34,819 bases of DNA from Planctomycetota bacterium. Lineage in GTDB: Bacteria; Planctomycetota; Phycisphaerae; Sedimentisphaerales; Anaerobacaceae. Below, piece by piece: positions 25,393 to 33,549 of the stretch (position 1 is the stretch's first letter; each line of letters starts with the position of its first letter). Under the pieces are notes generated by a model that was not told the DNA's origin, searched no databases, and was given only the letters and a program-made list of their open reading frames with translations. The stretch spans positions 1 to 34,819 of the forward strand of contig JAPLMV010000183.1 of the NCBI GenBank assembly GCA_026386835.1. Direction: 5' to 3'. The translations under genes and the position numbers were made by a program.

Positions 25393-26475
25393 CTACTTAA
25401 GACCCGGGTTTTCGCTATATGTAACAATTTCAGTTATGTCGCCGGCTAATTCCCCGCGTAATAACGCATTTCGCTGTTGAGGACCAAGAAACGTCGGCAG
25501 GCGTCTGCTGTATCTGTACTCGTCTGGGTATTTATTCGAAGGAACCAGATAAACCTGAAAGCCGAACTTATATTTCTTATCCAGACTGTTTTTGAAGTTG
25601 GCCATGGTCTCGCTGTATCGTCCCCAGCCGCCTATGGAGGCATTATCCCGCAGCCATTGGATAACTTCCTTTGCTGCGGCAGTATTATTCCGCTGGAGAA
25701 GAAACGCCAAGTCGCAGCCGCACAAAAAATCATTCATTGTGGGATTTCGTCCGCTGTTAATCTGGCTTATGATTTGCTCAAACTGTCTGGCTCGCAGGTC
25801 CAGAAGCGTTTTTTTAATCTCACCGTTTGGAACTGTTTTATTTGTTTCCTTGTCAAGCTTAACTATCAGATTGGCGGCCTGTATGGCCTCAATCAATTCA
25901 TTTGTTATGGTCAAATTATCCGGATTGCGCTGGTGGCCGTATTCTAGCAGAATCCTTGCCATATACGCATCTCGATACGCAGTACGCGAAAGGTCTCCTC
26001 CTGCCAGCCAGAAATTTCCCAGCAAGTTATGAGCAAGCTCGACAAGTTTCTCATCCGAAAGGTTCGTGATGTCTGTTTTTGCCGTAAGTTCTTTCAGTAA
26101 TTGCTCACGGACCTGAGAATAATCAGGCCAGGTCGCCATAACCTCATCCTGGGTCTTCCATATCCGCTCTGCGGCTGCTGAATTTATCAGCAGGTCTATC
26201 TGCTGATCATCAAAAGGCTTAGGCAGTTCCGCTTGCGAGATTGTATCTTTAACCGGCAACTGGTTTTTGTGGTCTTCCACAACAGCTATGTGTTCAACCT
26301 TTGCTTTGTGGCTATCCGTCAAACACACGTTGTTAGCATTCTTTATGCCGATTAACGGCGTTTTTTTAATATCGGGCAATTTTTTACCCTTGCCCTGCCA
26401 TATGAAAAATACCGCAGTTGGTACAAAGACCAGGATAACCATAAGCAGCAAACCTGTTTTAGTCGTAATTTTCAT
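25393..26475 (-). CDS. Hypothetical membrane-anchored protein (N-terminal TM, helical extracytoplasmic domain)
   Basis: 360-aa ORF with a GGAAA RBS. It has an N-terminal anchor (GLLLMVILVFVPTAVFFIW). No catalytic motif or family recognised. It lies immediately upstream of the Cys-ladder ORF. Confidence 0.7.
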   Translation of the reverse strand: MKITTKTGLLLMVILVFVPTAVFFIWQGKGKKLPDIKKTPLIGIKNANNVCLTDSHKAKVEHIAVVEDHKNQLPVKDTISQAELPKPFDDQQIDLLINSAAAERIWKTQDEVMATWPDYSQVREQLLKELTAKTDITNLSDEKLVELAHNLLGNFWLAGGDLSRTAYRDAYMARILLEYGHQRNPDNLTITNELIEAIQAANLIVKLDKETNKTVPNGEIKKTLLDLRARQFEQIISQINSGRNPTMNDFLCGCDLAFLLQRNNTAAAKEVIQWLRDNASIGGWGRYSETMANFKNSLDKKYKFGFQVYLVPSNKYPDEYRYSRRLPTFLGPQQRNALLRGELAGDITEIVTYSENPGLK

Positions 26476-26821
26476 TCGCCGTATTTCCTTTCACATTTAC
26501 CGACACAACTCATCAGCCAATGTATAGACTGCGTGCTTTGTATACCATTAAACGTTTGGTAAATGTTTTAGCGGGTGTGAAGGGAAATGAAATCTTGAAA
26601 AACCGGTATTGCGGGATGTTAGTGTAAAATGAACATGAACGGAAAAAGCAGATTTTGGCTCACAGGTAAAGAGATGAAAATGGCGATGATGAGAATACTT
26701 TGGTATTTCATTATTCTCGATATTTATTTGTCAGAACCAGTTTTCCCCGCCATGGCTTGACATTAGCCGTTTTTTTATTCTGCCAGGCTCTCCGGCAGTA
26801 ACCTCTCCCTTGTTGATATGG

Positions 26822-27253
26822 CTATTTGGCAATCTTCTCGTACCGACTTTTTTCGCTTTCAGCCGGCGAGATCGTCCTTATGGAAACAATACCCTTCAGC
26901 CCAAGTACATTGGCAACGGTGGTTTGAAAAAACTCATCGGTGGTATCTTCAGTTAGAACAGCACAAACCCCTGAACTTCGAGCGGCAATTTCCTGTGCCT
27001 GGTCGCCGGCTTTTATGAAAACTATCGTTGGAATTTCAGGCTTCACGGCCTTTAATCTCTTCAGGAATAAGCCGTTCTTCATATCATCCAGGTCCCACTT
27101 GCTGATAACGCTGTCAACTCTTTCATTTTTCAGCGAACGGGCGGCTTCACTGCCGGACGACATTGCTATCAAACGAAGAGGCAGTTCCTGCAAAGCCTCA
27201 TTTTTGTCGCCCAGACCAACCGTTAGCACATTTGCCTGAACTAACACAATCAT
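26822..27253 (-). CDS. Stand-alone receiver-like (CheY-fold) protein with degenerate phospho-acceptor site
   Basis: 143 aa with a GAGGAAA RBS. VDSVISKWDLDDMKNGLFLKRLK aligns with CheY [23 protein letters not shown], placing Lys where Asp57 should be. The N-terminal acidic pair is replaced by QAN. Confidence 0.6.
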   Translation of the reverse strand: MIVLVQANVLTVGLGDKNEALQELPLRLIAMSSGSEAARSLKNERVDSVISKWDLDDMKNGLFLKRLKAVKPEIPTIVFIKAGDQAQEIAARSSGVCAVLTEDTTDEFFQTTVANVLGLKGIVSIRTISPAESEKSRYEKIAK

Positions 27254-27351
27254 CTTATTTCCTCAAACGTAGTCTGTTAAATTGACTATAGTACCTTCCA
27301 TTGTTTTCGTGCAGTTACTTCAACTATCGAACATCTATTGGCATCGCGGGT

Positions 27352-27484
27352 AAAGCCACGTCTAATCTCGTGCTGGGTCTGTCGTTCAACCTTGAGTCGA
27401 CAACAGCAAACCCAGCGAAGAAGAGGAGAGAGAGAGAGTTTTTTGCCTCTTTATAAATTCACGGTTAAAACCGTGCTGGCTTTC
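27352..27484. repeat. Conserved 133-nt non-coding element, copy A (possible structured sRNA)
   Basis: Near-identical to 27656-27788. It contains the complementary pairs AAAGCC/GGCTTT (termini), GCTGGGT/ACCCAGC and CACGGTT/AACCGTG, plus an (AG)6 tract followed by T6. Confidence 0.8.
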
Positions 27485-27655
27485 GTGCCGGGCCTGTTAA
27501 CTCGTTTTGGTCAACCAAGCCCAGCTTGGGGGAAAGAAAACTCCTCGCGAGCATATATATAATCACGGTCCAATACTGACCATGCCTGCTCTCAATTTAG
27601 CATTATCAAAGAGCGAACTATCGAAAAAATACCAACCACTATTTTAATCGCAGCA

Positions 27656-27788
27656 AAAGCCGCGTCTAATCTCGTGCTGGGCCTGTCATTCAACTTTGAG
27701 TCAACAACAGCAAACCCAGCGAAGAAAAGGAGAGAGAGAGAGAGAGTTTTTTGCCTATAAATTCACGGTTAAAACCGTGCTGGCTTTC
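27656..27788. repeat. Conserved 133-nt non-coding element, copy B
   Basis: Same architecture as copy A, 304 bp downstream. It differs by a few point substitutions, (AG)8 instead of (AG)6, and a 4-nt deletion after the T6GCCT. Confidence 0.8.
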
Positions 27789-28181
27789 AAATATCAAACT
27801 TATCAAAGAACTTCTTTTTCATCACCATCAATCGAAGCCTTTCTTTCCTGTTGCACTAATACATATTAGCGAAGGCTGTGCCAAAGTTGTGCCAGAAAAT
27901 AAATTTTTTTTAACTCCTTATTCCGGCAATACTTACGTATCCCAAATTTTTTGCCGGCATCGCAGACTATTTTTGAGTGGATTGACCATTATAGCCGCAA
28001 GAAAGGGTATATTATTCCAGCAACGTTTTGTGTTTGCTGGCGTTAGCAATCAATCGACCATTTTGGCCTGGGGTGACCAAACCGGTCGCTTTTGAATTCC
28101 TGTCACGTTTTTTCTCTTTCGGTATCTATATATTATGAGGTTATAATATAAAATGAACAATAAGTATGGAGCAGTTCAGAA

Positions 28182-29603
28182 ATGCAAAGCGAACCTGAAT
28201 TATTAAAGTCCAGTTTGGCAGGGAATAGGGAAGCTTTCGGCGTGATTGTTAAGGGCTATCAATCCCTGATTTGCGCAATCACCTACAGCTCAACCGGAAG
28301 TCTCAGTAAAAGCGAAGAACTGGCACAGGAAACATTTCTGATAGCCTGGCGAAAACTTGGTCAACTCAAAGACTTGAATAAGTTTAGAGCATGGTTATGC
28401 ACAATTGCACGGAACGTCGTCGGCCAATCAATCAAGCGTGAACAAAGGGACATAATACATAATGCCCAGTCCATCGAAAACCTGAAAACAATTGGTGCAG
28501 CAAAACCACAGCCATGCGATTTGGCGATAAGTAAGGAACAGGAGGCAATTATTTGGCAGGCTCTGCGTGATATTCCCGAACAATTTCGTGAGCCGATGGT
28601 TTTGTTTTATCGTGAACACCAATCTGCAAAGACTGTGGCTCAATTTCTTGGAATTTCTGAAGACGCTGCCAAACAACGGCTGTCGCGAGGCAGGCGGATA
28701 CTCAAAGAAAATGTCGCCGCACTTGTGGAAGAAAAGCTCGAACGAACCACGCCAGGAAAGGTTTTTACTATCGCAGTTATAGCTGCGCTGCCGGGTATTA
28801 TCCCACAGGCAGCGAACGCTGCAATCGCCGGAATAGCTGCAAAAAGTTCCATTGCGGTCAAATCGGCTGTTTTTGCAAATTGGCTCGGTATATTAGGACC
28901 GCTGGTCGGGCTTATAGGAATGCTTTTAGGAATTCGAGCCAGCCTCAAAAATGCTGCCTCTCCACGGGAATGGAAGTTTATTAACTGGACCGCGTTTATA
29001 CAAATTACCTATTGTTTTGTATTAGCAGCCGTTACGATTCCTTTTGTTTTATGGTGGCGATTGTGGCGCCACCACTCATCTTGGCTTATTCTTCTTATAT
29101 ATGTCCTTTTCCTTCTCCCCCTAATCCCTTTTACAATCTGGGCAAATCGTCGGGAGAAACAGATACAGATAGAAGATGGTACTTACATCGAGCCGCAGTA
29201 CCGGATGCTCAGGATGACCAGCAGAGAAATTTATGCGGCATTCGCAGGAGCTGTCTTCGGTTCCCTTCTGTGGTTATATAGGGTTGCAGTTGAGGCTCAG
29301 GACTGGATAGTGTTGTGCGTAACGATAGCTGCTGGTTTTTTGATTTTTTCCCTCGCAGTTAAAGTCACTTTGCGGGCTAAAGAACATGGCTTTAAGATTG
29401 CCATCGGTACATTTATTGCTGTTGGCTTGCTGCAGCTCGCAATAGTTAATCTGCGGTGGGATAGATGGGTTTATATCCTTAAAGCTAAGAATATCACTCT
29501 TTGGCAAATTAATTTTATCATCATAGCATTTGTGGTGCTGCTGGCGTTGATAGCTCTATTTTTCGATTTCCAGCATCGCAGGAATAGTAAAAAAAACGAT
29601 TAG
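28182..29603 (+). CDS. ECF sigma factor fused to a C-terminal polytopic membrane domain
   Basis: 473 aa. The N-terminal 190 aa hold sigma70 region 2 (EELAQETFLIAWRKL ... AWLCTIARNVV) and region 4 (REPMVLFYREHQSAKTVAQFLGISEDAAKQRLSRGRRIL). About 280 aa with many hydrophobic helices follow (for example VFTIAVIAALPGII, WLGILGPLVGLIGMLLGI, SWLILLIYVLFLLPLIPFTIW, INFIIIAFVVLLALIALFF). Confidence 0.8.
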   Translation: MQSEPELLKSSLAGNREAFGVIVKGYQSLICAITYSSTGSLSKSEELAQETFLIAWRKLGQLKDLNKFRAWLCTIARNVVGQSIKREQRDIIHNAQSIENLKTIGAAKPQPCDLAISKEQEAIIWQALRDIPEQFREPMVLFYREHQSAKTVAQFLGISEDAAKQRLSRGRRILKENVAALVEEKLERTTPGKVFTIAVIAALPGIIPQAANAAIAGIAAKSSIAVKSAVFANWLGILGPLVGLIGMLLGIRASLKNAASPREWKFINWTAFIQITYCFVLAAVTIPFVLWWRLWRHHSSWLILLIYVLFLLPLIPFTIWANRREKQIQIEDGTYIEPQYRMLRMTSREIYAAFAGAVFGSLLWLYRVAVEAQDWIVLCVTIAAGFLIFSLAVKVTLRAKEHGFKIAIGTFIAVGLLQLAIVNLRWDRWVYILKAKNITLWQINFIIIAFVVLLALIALFFDFQHRRNSKKND

Positions 29604-29637
29604 CTAATTGAGCCATCCTCATCAATTACCGCAAACA

Positions 29638-31677
29638 TTATTTCGGAAAAATCTGAACTAAAACTACGCCGTGAATCGGGACTTTAGTCTTGAATTCTTT
29701 CTCGAAAATGCCGATGTCCTTTTGCCGCCACAAATCGCGGATAGTCCTCTTTCCTTTCAGGCCTAATTCCGAAAGTTGAATTGTTACGTCAACGGTTTTC
29801 TTCTCAATGTCTATCTTATATGGGTCGCTGCGGTTAAATATGCCGACAGCTTTTGAACCGTCTTCCATATCCTTTGCCCAGACTTCGTTGTCACCATATT
29901 TTGCAATACAGATGGCCTGCTTTCCCATCGCATCCTGGTTGACAGCCAGAACCTCGTCATTAGTTAAGAGATTAAGAGTAAATTCGTCCAGTTCCGTCAT
30001 GTCACAGCCCAATAGAAGCGGCGACGACAGCAGGCACCACAGGCTTATGTGCGTATACTGCTCGTTCGCATTTAGAATAGTTGGATGAAGCTGCGGACCC
30101 CAGCCTACCTTGCCCACCACAAGCATATCGGCATCGTTCCAGTGTCCAGGCCCTGAAAATTCTGCCCACCTGCTTTGTGAAAAACCAATGGAGGAAACAG
30201 AGTCCCACTTGTCGATTATGTCCCCGGTCGTCCGCCAGCAGTTGGCATATTTCACCCATTCGCTCGCCATCTCAAACGGAGCCGTATTCGAGAGGCTGTA
30301 AACTATATCACGCCCGCTCGCCTTCAGTGCTTCTGCCATTTCCATGACGTGATTGCTGTCGTTTGGATTCCAGTCATACTTAAGATAATCGATTCCCCAC
30401 GCCGCCCACTGCTTGGCATCGTTTGTAGCAAATGAATATTTGCCGAACCCGCCGCCTGAATCCTTCGACCATGCGCCGTTTGGTTCATTGCTCGAGCCCC
30501 CGATGAAACCCGCATACGATGTCACCCATGGCGTAGAGTAAATCCCGACCTTCAATCCCAGACTGTGTACGTAGTCGCACAATCCATAAATATCATGAAA
30601 TTTTTCGTTCCCCTGGATGGCGTTGAACTCTCCGCCGCGAGACCCTTGCCATGCGTCGTCGATATTGATATATGTCCAGCCGTGACTTGCCAGCCCGCTG
30701 TCGTGCATTGCCTTGGCTGCTGCACGAATCTTGTCGGCATCGACCGCCTTTGCCCAGCAGTTCCAACTGTTCCAGCCCATCGGTGGTGTAAGACAAATCT
30801 TGTCTCCGACCACGATTCGAAATTGCCTGCTTGTTTGACCGAGAGTATTTTTCGCTCGCAGTGTTACCAAATACTCGCTTGCCTTTGCAACCTTTCCGCT
30901 AATTTTGCCGGTGTTTGCATCAAGTGACAGACCCACTGGCAGATTATCTGCCCCAAAGACAATCGGACGCTCACCGGTAGCCGGGATTGTGTAAAGCAAA
31001 GGACTATTGCATCTTACGCCGAAAACCTTAGCACCGTTGATTCGCGGGGTTTTAGGCGGTTTTGGCGTTAGTATATATGGCTCGACAGCAGCATAGATTA
31101 TTTCAGGCTTCTTGCCTGCTGCCTCGAACTTCGCATCGACCCAGTCGGCATGGTCGTAACCGTTGCCGTCCCCGCCGTCACCAACAACAATATTCATTTT
31201 TTTCACACCTCGCAAATCAACATCAACCTTTTTTGCCTTATCGCCTGCCTTCATAATCCCGCTGCTCCATATTGTCCTGCCGTCCCCGATTACCTTGAAT
31301 TCAACACTCGACACGCCTGCCTTGCCGGTTTCGAATACCTCGTCATCAACTCCAACAAGAGCGGTGAATCGTTGTACATCCCCGTGGAGGTTGAGTCGCA
31401 AAATGTCTGCTGCATGCGTTCCTAACCCGTGTTCGAATTTCTCCCCCCCGACACTGAGTTGTTTACCTTCTACGGACTTATTCCGTTTTGGTGACGACCA
31501 GCCGGATTCTGCCTTGCTGACATCCAGCTCGTCCAGCCACATCGTATTAAAAGATTGTGAGTTTTGTGAAATATTGCGTTCAGCCTGACATCCTAAACCA
31601 ACCGCAATCAGAATGGAACATATCAGACTACCCAATACCGCGATAAGTTTTTTTCTCATTTTCGCTTTCCTTGACAT
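29638..31677 (-). CDS. Secreted alpha-galactosidase (GH27) with an N-terminal NPCBM-like carbohydrate-binding domain
   Basis: 679 aa with an N-terminal signal/anchor. It has an NPCBM-like segment (GWSSPKRNKSVEGKQLSVGGEKFEHGLGTHA ... DHADWVDAKF) and the GH27 motifs PPMGWNSWNCW, YINIDDAWQ and YLKYDWN. Confidence 0.85.
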   Translation of the reverse strand: MSRKAKMRKKLIAVLGSLICSILIAVGLGCQAERNISQNSQSFNTMWLDELDVSKAESGWSSPKRNKSVEGKQLSVGGEKFEHGLGTHAADILRLNLHGDVQRFTALVGVDDEVFETGKAGVSSVEFKVIGDGRTIWSSGIMKAGDKAKKVDVDLRGVKKMNIVVGDGGDGNGYDHADWVDAKFEAAGKKPEIIYAAVEPYILTPKPPKTPRINGAKVFGVRCNSPLLYTIPATGERPIVFGADNLPVGLSLDANTGKISGKVAKASEYLVTLRAKNTLGQTSRQFRIVVGDKICLTPPMGWNSWNCWAKAVDADKIRAAAKAMHDSGLASHGWTYINIDDAWQGSRGGEFNAIQGNEKFHDIYGLCDYVHSLGLKVGIYSTPWVTSYAGFIGGSSNEPNGAWSKDSGGGFGKYSFATNDAKQWAAWGIDYLKYDWNPNDSNHVMEMAEALKASGRDIVYSLSNTAPFEMASEWVKYANCWRTTGDIIDKWDSVSSIGFSQSRWAEFSGPGHWNDADMLVVGKVGWGPQLHPTILNANEQYTHISLWCLLSSPLLLGCDMTELDEFTLNLLTNDEVLAVNQDAMGKQAICIAKYGDNEVWAKDMEDGSKAVGIFNRSDPYKIDIEKKTVDVTIQLSELGLKGKRTIRDLWRQKDIGIFEKEFKTKVPIHGVVLVQIFPK

Positions 31678-31742
31678 TCCGCCTTCTTTTTTATTCCACT
31701 TTTTTGTACTGGCACAGAATCTGCCGTCCTGCCGCTCAGGCC

Positions 31743-33363
31743 TTACTCTTTCTCTTGGCTGTCTAACTGATGCAGGTGCTTTTGCAGGCGAGGGTTCAGT
31801 TCATCCAATTGCTTTTGGTCAACTTCGCTCGGTGCATCGGTCAAAAGGCACTGACCTCGCTGAGTCTTTGGGAACGCAATGACATCTCTGATGTTATCGG
31901 TGCCTGTCAAAAGCATAATCATTCTGTCAAGGCCCAGGGCAATTCCGCCGTGCGGCGGAGCGCCGTATTCTAGCGCCTTTAAGAAGAACCCGAACTGCTC
32001 GTGTGCCTGCTTCTTTGAAATGCTCGTCCTGGTTCCACTCAAACAGCGGGAAATCCACAATCCAGACAAATTCGAATTGGGCTGGGTCATAAAGATTCAG
32101 GTCTTTGCCCAGTTTGCATCTTAATGGTGCAAGGGCCTTATTGGCTGCCTTTTCGGTATCAGCAATAATCAGAATCAGGTCGTCGTCCTTTGCGACGAAG
32201 CGTTCAATTATCTGTTGCTGCTGCTCCTGGCTGAAAAACTTGGTGATGCTGCTGTTAAGTCCTGACTTACCGTTTTCGTTTTTGACCTTAAACCAGGCTA
32301 GGCCTTTGGCGCCGTAGTCGCCGACAAAATCGGTGAGGGTTTTTTCAATATCGCTTCTCGAATATTTTCCGCCGCCCGGAGCGCATAGCCCTTTTACGAT
32401 GCCGCCTTTTTCAACAGCCGATGTAAATACCTTAAACGTGCTCTGCTTTGCGATATCCGATATGTCCCTTAGCTTCATATCGAAACGCAGGTCAGGCCGG
32501 TCGATTCCATAATCGTCCGCCGCCTGCTTATATGTCATTCGGCGAATCGGCGTTTTGACTTCGATGCCGAGTATTTCCTTCCAGATTTTTGCAATCAATA
32601 CTTCGTGGAGGCCTATGACGTCGTTGGTGTCGATAAAACTCATCTCAACATCTATCTGCGTGAATTCCGCCTGCCTGTCCGCCCGCGGGTCTTCATCGCG
32701 GAAACAACGCACAATCTGAAAATATTTATCGACGCCGCTGACCATAAGAATCTGCTTAAAAAGCTGCGGCGACTGTGGAAGCGCATAAAAACAGTTACGC
32801 ATAAGCCTGCTCGGCACGAGAAAATCCCTCGCGCCTTCGGGGGTGCTTTTTGCGAGCATCGGCGTCTCTATTTCCCAGAAGCCCAGCTTGTCGTAATAAT
32901 CGCGGGCAAGCTTTGTTACGCGATGGCGGATTTTCAGCCTCTGCTGCATTTGGGGTCTGCGAAGGTCGATATATCGGCTGGCAAGACGAGTCTCCTCGGC
33001 GGTCTTGTCGGCATTGTCGATTTCAAAGGGGGGTGTCTTCGCAGTGTTGAGTATCTCCATCTGCTCGACATTCACCTCGATTTGACCAGTGGGGAGTTTG
33101 GGGTTCTCAAGACCCTGGCCTCTTGGCCCAACCACACCCTGGGCTGCTATTACCCATTCGGTACGAACCGTTCGTGCCAGCTTGTGGGCATCAGGGCATT
33201 TTTCAGGATTGAAGACAAGCTGTGTAAGACCCTCGCGGTCGCGAAGGTCGAAAAATACCAGATTGCCGTGGTCGCGGTAGGAATGTACCCATCCCGCTAA
33301 AATTACTTTTTTGCCGGCGTCTTCGAGCCGAAGCTGGCCGCAATTATGTGTGCGTTTCAACAT
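31743..33363 (-). pseudogene. aspS: Aspartyl-tRNA synthetase with an internal out-of-frame deletion (two overlapping ORF fragments)
   Basis: ORF 31927..33363 encodes the OB-fold, motif 1 and motif 2 (FRDEDPRADRQAEFTQIDVEMSF) up to [11 protein letters not shown], then runs into nonsense. ORF 31743..32090 is homologous only from [38 protein letters not shown] (motif 3). The HHPFT and GGGSIRIH segment expected between them is absent. Confidence 0.85.
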
Positions 33364-33549
33364 CGAAAAATCCTTAAAAATTAGCGGATAACATAATATA
33401 GCCTATACAAAAAAATCAGCTCTTCTACAGGGTAGTCAGGGTACTCGAAAAGGCCTGTTTAGTCAATAACCGCTTTTGTATTTGGTTTTTGCCTTTCCTG
33501 GGTTTTCAGCGGGGATAGAAGCCAATTGAAAATTTCATTTGATTTTTTT

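Noticed and set aside
26629-26760. 43-aa plus-strand ORF (MNMNGKSRFWLTGKEMKMAMMRILWYFIILDIYLSEPVFPAMA) in the gap between the receiver-like and 360-aa genes
   Set aside because: It has no Shine-Dalgarno sequence and lies on the opposite strand to all neighbours. It cannot be supported from sequence alone.
27338-28095. Plus-strand ORFs 27338-27562 (74 aa) and 27751-28095 (114 aa)
   Set aside because: Both initiate inside the duplicated 133-nt elements with non-canonical starts and no RBS. Their products are Arg/Ser-rich nonsense. The region is treated as non-coding.
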